A stretch of 64,000 bases of DNA from NCBI RefSeq assembly GCF_006345805.1, contig NC_043004.1, forward strand, positions 41,726,001-41,790,000. The letters are read 5' to 3'. This DNA is from Octopus sinensis. Taxonomy: Eukaryota. Made by a program: the position numbers and the translations under genes. Shown here in pieces: positions 26,835 through 40,225 of this stretch (position 1 is the stretch's first letter; each line of letters begins with the position of its first letter). The notes beneath the pieces are model-generated. The model was not told where the DNA came from, made no database searches, and saw only the letters and a list, made by a program, of their open reading frames with translations.

Positions 26835-29800
26835 GTAAGTAATTCATACAGTCGAAGTTAATTCATATAATGTATCAATACCACCTAAACATACATGATA
26901 AACATACACACAAAAGCATAAGGTTCAGCTCGCAAAAGCTATACACTCACAAACGCATAAAAATTCCCCAAAGTCACCTGCGTTCACAGAGCACAAACAT
27001 AGACACATATACTTTACACAATATAGAGACGCATAAATCCTAATATATAATCTAGACACCTATACTTAAAATTATACGTACGTTCATGCATATATACGTT
27101 CATACATACATACATAAATATCCTATATTTATATCTATTTATGTATGTATGTATATGTGTATGTGTGTATGTGTGTTTGTATGTATATGTATATGTATTA
27201 TCTTTCAACCAATCTCTCTCTCTACATACATACACACATATATTTACATATACGTATACACCTAATACGTACACTACACACACACACACGAACACAGTTA
27301 CTTACATTACGTATATACATTCTGTAAACACGCGAACAGTGAATCATAGCCAAAATACACTCTAAGGATATTTGTATTACATGAATATACATGTATAATT
27401 ACATGCATACACACACATATGCATACACTCATATAGACACGCATACACACACTCATACATACACACAAACACACACACACACACACGCGCGCGCGCGCAT
27501 GGATTTTAGCATAGTTTCATACAGAACCGTTAATTCCAAATCAATAATTAACCAAAATTGTTACAGAAAGCATTATCCGTTATCATTAGCCAATTTTACC
27601 GGAAACCAATTTCGTTGTTGTAGCTGTTCTCGTCATTTTGCTGTTTTTATTGTTGTTATTGCTGGTGTTGGTACTGGTGATGGTGGTATTTCTCTAAATC
27701 ATTGTTTTGCGGTAAAATTTCGATATTTTTATATTTGTTATATTTTATTATTTTTTCAAATTTGTATTCATTATGTTACTATTTATAATAGCTGACCAAT
27801 TGATTATTAAGCATATCTCTCTCTTCTTCTCTCTGTATATCAAAATACACAGAATAAAAAAATCATACAAACACACGTATATATTCTACATGCCCCCCCC
27901 CCAACAACTTAATAAAGCTCAACGTTTAATGTAATGTATGCAATCCGTACATAATGGCTATACCTAAAAATACTTTAACACAAAAATTCTTGTAAAAACA
28001 GTTAAACGGAAACATATCTACCATTTCACATAGGTATATACACATAAACACTCCCCCTGCTCACTCAACACAGATAGTGTTGGTAAGCATACGACATCTT
28101 TTCCGATGAGAAGAGACAAAATCTCAAGGAAATTTCATAACTGTTATGGTTTTTGAATGAGAATAATAATTCTTTTTCTGGTACATACTGTTGCATTTCA
28201 TTACGTGTTTCCTTGTCTGGTTAAACGGATGTCTGTGTAATTAGAATTATTGGAACATTCTCTAAAATATTTCTGTATACAAGATAAATGAATTAATAAA
28301 ACTATACCGTACAGTTTTGTATAAAAATATTTCTTTCGATTGCTTTCCATAAATCGCTCATATACCTAACGTTTCAGTATAAAACGTCATATTTATATCA
28401 TAGTCAATTAGTTGTTTTCAAGTATGCTTCAGAGCTTTTGTTTTAATGTTGTCTGAATAGTATTTATGCCTCATTTATTCATTTATTTGTTCGGAAAACT
28501 TTCGTGAAAATAAAATCCGTAAACTGGCCTTCGTTTCATACATTCTGTTACAAACTTACAGACTTCCATTTTGTGGTTGAGAGAGAGAGAAAGAGAAAGA
28601 GAGAGGGAAGGGAGAGAAAGAGGAAGATGGAGGAAGGGGAAATAGAGCGAGGGAGAACGTCATGCAAAATTCTTTGTCCCTTTACAGCTGTTAACACCTT
28701 GAATGACGTGATTGCTGGATTGGATTTTGACGGTATCATTTCTCTTTCATGAGAAAGGGCGTCGCACATTATCAACACCATATTTGCAAGGAAAGCTTGT
28801 TGGAAATTTTTATTTCCTCGAAATTTTGTTGGAACAAGAAAGCTAAGATGACGATGTGATAACTTTCAACATCGAAGCAATGTTTGAAGAAGACATGAAA
28901 TGAACTTTGTGTGATATAACATGTTACTTCTAAACATGCGAGCGAACAAAGTATCATATGCTCTGTCGCTGTTGGCAATATAACTAGCAGCCATATCTTT
29001 CTAAAAACAAGCAAGTTAAAAAGAACAAAAAACAACAAAACAATGGGAAAATGAAGGACATTGTGGTTGATCACGATCTTTTATTTTCAACAGCAATAAT
29101 AATGATTTCAAATTTTTGGCACAAGGCCAGTAATTTCGAACTTGGAGTTGAACTGGTACTGATTTCATTGAGCCCTGAAAGGGATAAAAGGCAAATCGAT
29201 CTCGATGGCATTTAAACACAAAGCATAAAGCCGGACGAAACTCCGCTAAGCGTTTTGTCCGGCCTACTTACGAACCTGCCAGATCAGCGCCTTACTTTGC
29301 AGCAATAATAATGCTAAGCAATACAGTGTTATTGCGTACAAAAATCTCCCTCAATTTACATCCCATTTTACCAAATGGAAGAACATTCACAAACAACTGT
29401 GTAAAAAATCTAAAATTTTTTCTCTTTCGTTAATATTGTTGTTATTGCAACTCTTACCGGCTCATTGCTCATTGAGTTGATCAAATATTCTAAAGTGTTC
29501 AACACTAATACAAAAACGCATTAAAATTTGTGCAAATGCTGAAAGAGGAATTCTAGCTAGAAATAATGACAGATAGTAAGAATATGAATGGGGAAAGAAA
29601 TGAGAGATGAGATGCAATACACGACGAATGGAGGGATAAACAGACGTAGGGTAAGATGTTGAAAAGGAAAGGATATGAGAGATAAACTCGAATATAATGA
29701 TTTGTACAGGTGCGTGCAGCAAGTTCGATCAATATTTTAGTGGCACCAGTGCACTACCTGTTTCACTAATTTTTAATGACCCTAAAGATTTCAACCGATT

Positions 29801-29949
29801 TAATTAAATGAAGCACACCAGATAGTTGTATTGTACTGATAAGATAGTTGTCTTTACTAAAATATAATATGCATAATAGATATGTCACAAATAGATATAT
29901 TAAGAGCAATGAAAGGTAAGAATAAAGCTTTAGGTATATTTTGTGATAT

Positions 29950-30495
29950 TATATCTACATTCCCTTACAAATAACTGCCACACTCTAAAATCAATCCAGT
30001 ACCAGTCGATAGGAATGGGATATTATACATGAACTGGAAAAAATAACATTTTAATTAAGGAATAAGATAAGGGAAGTGCTATAGCTATTATGGGTATTGA
30101 ACACTACAAAAGAGATATACTATCTATATTACAAGATATCACCCACTACGAAACGGTAAATAATTACCAAAAATCAAAGGCAATGATTAAACTGAACACA
30201 CTCATTGATAGGCATCAAAAAGTTTTAACAAACAAAGAATGTAACTACCAAAACTATTTTGATTGCAATGCTAGTTACTCCTACAGTGTCCCAAAATCCA
30301 TAAGAATCTAACTATTAAGAATGCATGTAACGAACCAAATTCAAGTTGCATGAACTTACAATATCCCACCGACCTTAGATTAATCGTAGCTGGTCCGAAC
30401 TGTGAAACATACAGACTCAGCAACGTTTTAGATATATTACTGAAATCTATTTTAAAATACATACCAAGTTTTGTAAGGGACGACCTGGACATGCT
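29950..30495 (+). mobile_element. Penelope-like RT N-terminal fragment
   Basis: DKGSAIAIMG...; ...PKIHKN...; DLRLIVAGPNCETYRLSNVLDILLKSILKYIPSFVRDDLD. Confidence 0.85.
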
Positions 30496-30855
30496 GTGCT
30501 CCAGCATGGCTTCAGTCGGATGACTGAACCGTGTAAAATAATATATGCATAGTTTCAGCAGGCACAGTTAAAAGCATATTCAGATATGTATAAACAGTGG
30601 ATCAACTCACCAATCTTTACTACTCTACATTGACACGTCTATACAAACCGAACACACACACACGCACACGCACACGTACACTCTCACATTTGCACTCATT
30701 CGTACTCAGATGTTTGCGTGAGAATGTGTGTGTATGTATGTATGTGTATGTGTGATGTATTTAAAAGATTTCATATGGATCATTGAAAGATGCCTTTCGC
30801 TAGTACTCATTTACAAACACATATACAAATGTGTGTGTTTGTGTATTTGTGTATA

Positions 30856-31020
30856 GGCGTAGGAGTGGCTGTGTGGTAAGTAACTTGCTTACAAACTACA
30901 TGGTTCCGGGTTCAGTCCCACTGCGTGGCACGTTGGGCAAGTGTCTTTTACTATAGCCTCGGGCCGACCAGAGCCTTGTGAGTGGATTTGGTAGACGGAA
31001 ACTGAAAGAAGCCCGTCGTA
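30856..31020 (+). mobile_element. SINE family C 5' half
   Basis: GGCGTAGGAGTGGCTGTGTGGTAAG...GAAACTGAAAGAAGCCCGTCG. Confidence 0.9.
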
Positions 31021-31249
31021 TATATATAAATATATATAGCATTAAAGACCCGACGTTGCCGGGTCATAGTGCTAGTGCATGTATATATGTGTATATATAT
31101 GTGTACATCTTACATATACATCTATATATATATACATCTACACATAAAATACAAAATACAAAGTTATATCTTGATATCGCTAGTGATAACAATACTCAAA
31201 ATATATAACAGACTGGAATTGTTAGCCCGTCTTTTGTAATTTCGATCAA

Positions 31250-31550
31250 TTATATCTTGTCCTCCCTCTTGTATAGAAGTGAGGCTACAATCCAGCTTAC
31301 CTCTACTTCTTGGGGCATTTTAATTTTTTTTGCGGGACGTTCTACGTCCCATATATAAAGGTAAAAATAAAATATTTCTACTTTGCAAGTTCGAGTCGAG
31401 TACTCCCTTGCACGCTCCGTTGACTCGAACCTTGCTTCTATTGTGGCGAATTTACCGCCTCTGATTCTTTCATAGATATCTTTCATAGTCGCACCAAGAC
31501 AGCTTTCGAAGGTGCTTTCCTCCATGTGTTCAAATCTTCTTTTTTCTCTA
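31250..31550 (-). pseudogene. Probable retroelement ORF1-like remnant
   Basis: Protein-like 91-aa frame (...IRGGKFATIEARFESTERAREYSTRT...) without splice signals; family not identifiable from sequence alone. Confidence 0.3.
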
Positions 31551-31879
31551 CATTGTATACTTTATAGAAAATAGTCTTTTCTTTAATTTAATGTTTTTAT
31601 TATCCATCTGGACTATTCCATTTCTGCACGCTAATTTTATTTTTAATTTATTCCCATTCATGTGAAACCACTTATTCAAGTTCAAGTCATTGATGCAATT
31701 TTATACCAATTGCTATTTTTACTTTTGTTATGTTACGATTATATTATACATTAGTTTGATTTTAATTATTACTTACTACATATAATTCAATTGTTATTAT
31801 TATTTTTATTGTTAAAGTGAAAGTATCTGACATAAAATAAAGAAATGTTTTTGTTTCACTTTTAACACGTAATACTGAA

Positions 31880-32180
31880 ATAGTGGAGAAGATATGATAT
31901 TGCTATGGGCTCGCTCTAGGCAAGAAGTTGAACATTTTCCTTTTGCCCATGAAACTACGTGGACCCTAAGTAAGGCTTGTGTAAAATTTGAATGAAATTG
32001 GTTGTGTAGTTCTCAAGTTTTAGGGAATCGTAGTGGAGAAGATATGATATTGCTATGGGCTCGCCCTAGGCAAAAAGTAAAAAATATTTTTGCCGATGAC
32101 ACTCCCCGGACCCTAAGTAAGGCATGTGTAAAATTTGAATGAAATTGGTTGTGTAGATCTCATGTTTTAGGGAAACACAC
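31880..32180. repeat. Tandem duplication of a ~150-bp repeat fragment
   Basis: tagtggagaagatatgatattgctatgggctcgc at 31881 and 32031; ggaccctaagtaaggc.tgtgtaaaatttgaatgaaattggttgtgtag in both. Confidence 0.85.
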
Positions 32181-32239
32181 AGACAGACAGACACACATTC
32201 TCAGTTATATATATATAAAGATATATGTGTATGTGTGTG

Positions 32240-32408
32240 TGTTGACAACCGATGCTGGTGTGTTTACGTCCCCGTAACTTGGCAAAAGAGAATGATAGAA
32301 TAAGTACTAGGCTTACAAAGAATAAGTCTTGGGGTCGATCTGCTCGACTAAAGGCGGTGCTCCAGCATGGCCGCAGTCAAATGACTGAAACAAGTAAAAG
32401 AGTAAAGA

Positions 32409-32410
<2 letters not shown>
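32240..32410 (+). mobile_element. SINE family C 3' half
   Basis: Tail GGCGGTGCTCCAGCATGGCCGCAGTCAAATGACTGAAACAAGTAAAAGAG. Confidence 0.9.
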
Positions 32411-32476
<66 letters not shown>

Positions 32477-32597
32477 TATATAGAAGGAGCTTCTACAGGA
32501 CTAGAACTGTTTCATTCAAGAGAAATCTTCAGGATTTTACTCTGCTATGTATTGAGTACCTTATTTACTGTGGTTAACCCCGAATCAACCCGGGACC

Positions 32598-32657
<60 letters not shown>

Positions 32658-32811
32658 CATATGTGTGTGTGTATATGCATTTATATACATACAATTCAAT
32701 GATATGGTTGTTGTGAAGTTATGTTGTATACGTCACATGCTTACAAAGTCATTGTTTAATTTTATTCCCAAACTGCACTGTATTGTGGTTGATGATATAT
32801 ATACAAAAGGT

Positions 32812-32945
32812 CGACTGTGCCTTTCATCCTTTCGGGGTCGATAAATTAAGTACCAGTTACGCACTGGGGTCGATGTAATCGACTTAATCCGTTTGTCTGT
32901 CCTCGTTTGTCTCCTCTATGTTTAGCCCCTTGTGGGCAATAAAGA
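32812..32945 (+). mobile_element. 5'-truncated SINE family B
   Basis: gtcgactgtgcctttcatcctttcggggtcgataaattaagtaccag...aataaagaaa. Confidence 0.9.
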
Positions 32946-33139
32946 AACAGATATATATACAAAAGGAAATGGAGAAACATGTCAACGTTGGCCTGTGGAA
33001 TATGATATATTAAAGAGCTTTCTTTTATACGAAAGCAAATGTTTTCTCTTTTAATGATAGCCACATCTGGTTATTAACTGTTTAGCATAAACGCAGAGGA
33101 GAAAATAGTTTTCAGTCTTCGAATACGCTCTTGCTCTCC

Positions 33140-33371
33140 TGTCACTGTATTTCTGTCTGTCTCTCTCTCTCTGTCTCTCTCTCTGTTTCTCTCTCTGTCT
33201 CACTCTCTGTCCCTCTCCCTCTCTCTTCCTCTCTCTCTCTCTCTCTCCCTATCTGTACATGTACACAAACCCAAAAGCATACTCATGCACACCCACGTCC
33301 ACATGTTCGCCCTCCCACACCAACGCGCTCATACACGTACACATTTTATTATTAACATAATCTCCTCGTTC

Positions 33372-33402
<31 letters not shown>

Positions 33403-33527
33403 GTACATGTATATGTATATATATGTATATATATATATATTATATTATATATATATATATTATAATATATATATATATATATATATACATATATATATGT
33501 ATATATATATATGTATATATATATATT

Positions 33528-33579
<52 letters not shown>

Positions 33580-33705
33580 TATATGTATATATATATATGT
33601 ATATATATATATTTATATATATATATTATATATATATATATATATATAATATATATAACATATACATGTACATATATATGTACATATATATGTACATATA
33701 TATAT

Positions 33706-33747
<42 letters not shown>

Positions 33748-33775
33748 TATATGTATATATATATATGTATATATA

Positions 33776-33819
<44 letters not shown>

Positions 33820-33876
33820 CATGTACATATATATGTATATATATATATTATATATATATTATATATATATATATAT

Positions 33877-33925
<49 letters not shown>

Positions 33926-34202
33926 CGGGAGAGAGAGGGAGCGAGAGAGGTTGAGAGATTTAAATACATACATATATACTTACGCAATCATTCATACAAA
34001 TATAAACACACGCATATGTGTGGAAATATATGTGTGTATGTGCGTGTGTGTGTATGTATGTTTATGTTTGCGTGTGTGCGTGCGCGTGGTGTGTGAGTGT
34101 AAATTCGCATCGCACTCTCATATCTTTTCTGTTGCTTTTATACTTTTTCTTGCATCCATTTTTGCACAGTCGCATCCGCGCGTGCATGCACACAAAACCC
34201 AC

Positions 34203-34260
<58 letters not shown>

Positions 34261-34310
34261 AACGTACACACACACCACCACACACACACACACACACACA
34301 AGATCGAATA
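33140..34310. repeat. (CT)n, long degenerate (TA)n, (GA)n and (CA)n microsatellites
   Basis: Visible; source of the spurious 344-aa ORF. Confidence 0.95.
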
Positions 34311-35153
34311 TATACATGAGTCATGAGTAATTTGAAGCGTTTCTGTAAAATAAAGAACTCAATACATTTGTTCGGGTGAAAATTTCATATTGAAATAATA
34401 AAGAAGGATTCTCTCTGTTACTTTGCCCCGTATTTATTTAAACTTATAATTTCTCACCAATATGACACACACGCAAAAATACAAAGGAATGCATACGCAT
34501 ATACCACACATATTCGCAGACAAGAACTAAATATCTAATATTAGAAGCGCCTCACCCTCAAAAAACGCCGAAACCTTTACAGTAATAGCATATTCAGGTG
34601 ATCATCGACTTACGACTACTATTGGTTCGTAAGTCGGTCTATAGGCCTACATAGCTTCGTTTTATATTTTTAGCTTCTTAAGGTGCAACCTAAGGTAAAA
34701 GTCACACACAGCATTCTGTATTATACTGTTATACTGGCGTTAGTAAAAAAATTGGGAGTCTCAAGCAGTCGTCTTATAAACAAATACGAGTTTGCCTCGA
34801 TGTCTCCGCGACAGGATAGTTATCTAACACAGTGGCGATCGATAACCAAACTTTTGGGAAGCGTTTATTAGCTTCCGTTGACGGGTTAATTTCTAAGAAA
34901 TTTAACTCATGAGATTTCAACTTGACTATGAAAACGAAAATCTATAACTCGCAATTATTATTCAAACTGTTAGATATATTAAACAACAACTAATTGTTAT
35001 ATCGTTTCAGACCTGTTAATATTTCCACATTCAACACCAACAGGTTTATGCTCTTAAGAGCTATTCAAAGAAAACGAGTACTATATTTTAAAGTTTATTT
35101 AAAAACGAATTTGAGTTTGCGGCTATTTTCTTTACATAACAAGGCATATTATT

Positions 35154-35156
<3 letters not shown>

Positions 35157-35239
<83 letters not shown>

Positions 35240-35428
35240 CGCTCAGTCGAAGTCGACTCTCGGTTACTCGGATCAGTGTCCTCCAGTCAGTTCTATCCTG
35301 GGCCGCTTCCTTCAGACTGACTATGTCCATTCCGGTATCACTCTTGATGGTGTCAAGCCAGCGGGTTCTTGGTCGGCCTCTTCCTGTCTTGCCACTGACC
35401 ATTCCTAGCATGATGTCCTTCTCCAGGG
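35157..35428 (-). mobile_element. RTE/BovB-type LINE 3' end with (ATAG)n tail
   Basis: SLEKDIMLGMVSGKTGRGRPRTRWLDTIKSDTGMDIVSLKEAAQDRTDWRTLIRVTESRLRLSG* followed by (GATA)n. Confidence 0.9.
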
Positions 35429-36250
35429 ATATTTCAGCGATTATTAAATCAAACGTTTAAATGTGGCTTATTGATCTTTATAAATGGTTTTATTGGTTTA
35501 TTCGTTGTTGCTCTGCGTTTGAACCTAAGCATTTCTAACTTTGAAATACTTTGAAATGCATTAACACTCGGTAGCTCCGTCCCTGCACCATATCGCCATT
35601 GAAAGGAATTTTTCACATATCCACAAGATCTTATCACAGAAATTAACGTTTCAGGCTTATCTGCAGAACTCTCTCGTATTCCAAAAGTTTGTCCATCTTT
35701 TTAATTGAAATCTGAGCATTCGCTCAAATACAATCATGTAGCACAATTTGGCATTCCGCACTTTGTAACAATGAAGAGGAAAACTTGTTTAAAAAACATT
35801 TTGCTCAAGGTAGTATATTTTTCAATGCCTAGCGCTGTATATTGCTTTTCACGCCTTTTTGGCTTTAAAGAACTTGTTTCAGTTTTTGATATTCATATGA
35901 GTAGTCAAATTATACTTTATCAAATAATTCAGTACATCGGAACGTAGTGACTATACATTTTATTAACAACAATATCCTACGTGCACTTAGTTTACACATG
36001 TCCCATTAGTTGGAATCTACGCGTAGTACATTACAGCATGAATATCGATGGTGGCCAACAAGAAAAATACTCATATATATATATATATAATATATATATA
36101 TATATATAATATATAATATATATATATATATATATATAGATAGATGTATATGTTATTTTATTTATATATATATATATATATATATTATTGTATTTTTGAT
36201 CGTGTTCGATATATACCATTATTGTCTTTTTGCTCATGTTCGATGTATAT

Positions 36251-36282
<32 letters not shown>

Positions 36283-36294
<12 letters not shown>

Positions 36295-39227
36295 TAAGGG
36301 TAGAAATTGATATTTATCAATTAAGACCAGTGGTCTAGCATATTAAAAAAGAATCCGAAGATTAAAATATTTATATATACCAATTAAGGACTGAACACGA
36401 AAAGTGGACAGTCAAAATGCTAGATATAGACGTCAAATCGCCATTCACCACAAAAGATTATGTTCTCAGATCAAACTCAACACAAAACCATAGCAATAAA
36501 CAAGTGAAAAATATACGAAATAAAATTAATTACCCATGTACTAAATTAGTTTCAGCTGTTATTTTCCGCAAGGAAAACTGCAGCCATCATCAGCATGGTC
36601 CGTTATAAATGTAATTTGCTGGACTAGATGCAAACACGATACCGAAATATCGCGTGCATGGAGTTCAGCCTATTACATTTGAATATATCTTTCAAATGCC
36701 TTTACCTTGGCGCGTTGGAACCCGGGAAACTAGCCTGCAGCTAATAATTAGCAGCAGTTAATTTATCGGTTAGAGAACATTTTATTTATATAAAATTAAT
36801 TAGGGTAGAAATTGATATTTATCAATTAAGACCAGTGGTCTAGCATATTAAAAAAGAATCCGAAGATTAAAATATTATATATACCAATTAAGGACTGAAC
36901 ACGAAAAGTGGACAGTCAACGTGCTAGATATAGACGTCAAATCGCCATTCACCACAAAAGATTATGTTCTCAGATCAACTCAACACAAAACCATAGCAAT
37001 AAACAAGTGAAAATATAACGAAATAAAATAATTACCCATGTACTAAATTAGTTTCAGCTGTTATTTTCCGCAAGGAAAACTGCAGCCATCATCAGCATGG
37101 TCCGTTTAAATGTAATTTGCTGGACTAGATGCAAACACGATACCGAAATATCGCGTGCATGGAGTTCAGCCTATTACATTTGAATATATCTTTCAAATGC
37201 CTTTACCTTGGCGCGTTGGACCCGAGAAAACTAGCCTGCAGCTAATAATTAGCAGCAGTTAATTTATCGGTTAGAGAACATATTATATTATATAAAATTA
37301 ATTAAGGGTAGAAATTGATATTTATCAATTAAGACCAGTGGTCTAGCATATTAAAAAAGAATCCGAAGATTAAAATATTTATATACCAATTAAGGACTGA
37401 ACACGAAAAGTGGACAGTCAACATGCTAGATATAGACGTCAAATCGCCATTCACCACAAAAGATTATGTTCTCAGATCAAACTCAACACAAAACCATAGC
37501 AATAAACAAGTGAAAAATATACGAAATAAAATAATTACCCATGTACTAAATTAGTTTCAGCTGTTATTTTCCGCAAGGAAAACTGCAGCCATCATCAGCA
37601 TGGTCCGTTATAAATGTAATTTGCTGGACTAGATGCAAACACGATACCGAAATATCGCGTGCATGGAGTTCAGCCTATTACATTTGAATATATCTTTCAA
37701 ATGCCTTTACCTTGGCGCGTTGGAACCCGAGAAAACTAGCCTGCAGCTAATAATTAGCAGCAGTTAATTTATCGGTTAGAGAACATATTTATTTATATAA
37801 AATTAATAAGGGTAGAAATTGATATTTATCAATTAAGACCAGTGGTCCAGCATATGAAAAAGAATCCGAAGATTAAAATATTTATATATACCAATTAAGG
37901 ACTGAACACGAAAAGTGGACAGTCAACGTGCTAGATATAGACGTCAAATCGCCATTCACCACAAAATTATGCTCAGATCAACTCAACCACAAAACCATAG
38001 CAATAAACAAGTGAAAAATATACGAAATAAAATAATTACCCATGTACTAAATTAGTTTCAGCTGTTTTTTCCGCAAGGAAAACTGCAGCCATCATCAGCA
38101 TGGTCCGTTATAAATGTAATTTGCTGGACTAGATGCAAACACGATACCGAAATATCGCGTGCATGGAGTTCAGCCTATTACATTTGAATATATCTTTCAA
38201 ATGCCTTTACCTTGGCGCGTTGGAACCCGAGAAAACTAGCCTGCAGCTAATAATTAGCAGCAGTTAATTTATCGGTTAGAGAACATATTTATTTATATAA
38301 AATTAATTAAGGGTAGAAATTGATATTTATCAATTAAGACCAGTGGTCTAGCATATTAAAAAAGAATCCGAAGATTAAAATATTTATATACCAATTAAGG
38401 ACTGAACCGAAAAGTGGACAGTCAACATGCTAGATATAGACGTCAAATCGCCATTCACACAAAAGATTATGTTCTCAGATCAAACTCAACACAAAACCAT
38501 AGCAATAAACAAGTGAAAAATATACGAAATAAAATAATTACCCATGTACTAAATTAGTTTTCCTGTTATTTTCCGCAAGGAAAACTGCAGCCATCATCAC
38601 AGCATGGTCCGTTATAAATGTAATTTGCTGGACTAGATGCAAACACGATACCGAAATATCGCGTGCATGGAGTTCAGCCTATTACATTTGAATATATCTT
38701 TCAAATGCCTTTACCTTGGCGCGTTGGAACCCGAGAAAACTAGCCTGCAGCTAATAATTAGCAGCAGTTAATTTATCGGTTAGAGGACATATTTATTTAT
38801 ATAAAATTAATTAAGGGTAGAAATTGATATTTATCAATTAAGACCAGTGGTCTAGCATATTAAAAAAGAATCCGAAGATTAAAATTTTATATATATACCA
38901 ATTAAGGACTGGATACGAAAAGTGGACAGTCAACATGCTAGATATAGACGTCAAATCGCCATTCACCACAAAAGATTATGTTCTCAGATCAAACTCAACA
39001 CAAAACCATAGCAATAAACAAGTGAAAAATATACGAAATAAAATAATTACCATGTACTAAATAGTTTCAGCTGTTATTTTCCGCAAGGAAAACTGCAGCC
39101 ATCATCAGCATGGTCCGTTATAAATGTAATTTGCTGGACTAGATGCAAACACGATACCGAAATATCGCGTGCATGGAGTTCAGCCTATTACATTTGAATA
39201 TATCTTTCAAATGCCTTTACCTTGGCG
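36283..39227 (-). mobile_element. Hammerhead-containing ~503-bp tandem array, left arm (~5.85 units; ribozyme sense on minus)
   Basis: Marker agggtagaaattg recurs at ~36297, 36802, 37305, 37809, 38310, 38814; near-identical non-coding units. Confidence 0.95.
36534..36598 (-). ncRNA. Type I hammerhead ribozyme (also 37036-37100, 37539-37603, 38040-38103, 39050-39113; the copy at ~38542-38607 has core lesions)
   Basis: CCATG-CTGATGA-t-GGCTG ca GTTTTCC ttgc GGAAAAT aa CAGCT-GAA-ACTA att TAGT-A|CATGG: catalytic core, stems I, II and III, GUA cleavage triplet. Confidence 0.9.
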
Positions 39228-40136
39228 TGTTCTCTAACCGATAAATTAACTGCTGCTAATTATTAGCTGCAGGCTAGTTTTCTCGGGTTCCAACGCGCCA
39301 AGGTAAAGGCATTTGAAAGATATATTCAAATGTAATAGGCTGAACTCCATGCACGCGATATTTCGGTATCGTGTTTGCATCTAGTCCAGCAAATTACATT
39401 TATAACGGACCATGCTGATGATGGCTGCAGTTTTCCTTGCGAAAATAACAGCTGAAACTATTTAGTACATAGGTAATTATTTTATTCGTATATTTTTCAC
39501 TTGTTTATTGCTATGGTTTTGTGTTGAGTTTGATCTGAGAACATAATCTTTTGTGGTGAATGGCGATTTGACGTCTATATCTAGCATGTTGACTGTCCAC
39601 TTTTCGTGTTCAGTCCTTAATTGGTATATATAATATTTTAATCTTCGGATTCTTTTTTAATATGCTAGACCACTGGTCTTAATTGATAAATATCAATTTC
39701 TACCCTTAATTAATTTTATATAAATAAATATGTTCTCTAACCGATAAATTAACTGCTGCTAATTATTAGCTGCAGGCTAGTTTTCTCGGGTTCCAACGCG
39801 CCAAGGTAAGGCATTTGAAAGATATATTCAAATGTAATAGGCTGAACTCCATGCACGCGATATTTCGGTATCGTGTTTGCATCTAGTCCAGCAAATTACA
39901 TTTATAACGGACCATGCTGATGATGGCTGCAGTTTTCCTTGCGGAAAATAACAGCTGAAACTAATTTAGTACATAGGTAATTATTTTATTTCGTATATTT
40001 TTCACTTGTTTATTGCTATGGTTTTGTGTTGAGTTTGATCTGAGAACATAATCTTTTGTGGTGAATGGCGATTTGACGTCTATATCTAGCATGTTGACTG
40101 TCCACTTTTCGTGTTCAGTCCTTAATTGGTATATAT
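39228..40136 (+). mobile_element. Hammerhead array, right arm part 1 (inverted; ribozyme sense on plus)
   Basis: Reverse complement of the left-arm unit from 39228; hammerhead cores starting at 39410 and 39912 (stem I has a catag variant). Confidence 0.95.
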
Positions 40137-40225
40137 TGATTGATTGATTGATTGATTCCAGTTTCAGCTCATGAGCTGTGGCCATGCTGGGGCACCGCCA
40201 TTTGGTGTTGCTACTTGGTTTCACT

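Noticed and set aside
28074-28082. 9-nt microexon candidate (acag|ATAGTGTTG|gtaagc)
   Set aside because: Gives an in-frame stop in the phase of the candidate gene; unsupported
33285-34319. 344-aa ORF and the many Y/I/H/T, C/V/M/Y and poly-L/poly-S ORFs in the track
   Set aside because: Translations of stop-free di-, tri- and tetranucleotide microsatellites; no splice or domain support
34673-34693. 21-nt phase 2-2 microexon candidate (FLRCNL)
   Set aside because: Fits the frame, but such signals are common by chance in AT-rich DNA
36246-36285. TAA-interrupted (TA)n on both sides of the array as a TSD
   Set aside because: The same interruption occurs in many TA tracts in this window, so it is not diagnostic
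36417-36608. ORF MLDIDVKSPFTTKD... in the 503-bp unit
   Set aside because: Antisense to the ribozyme, short, and frameshifted differently among near-identical copies
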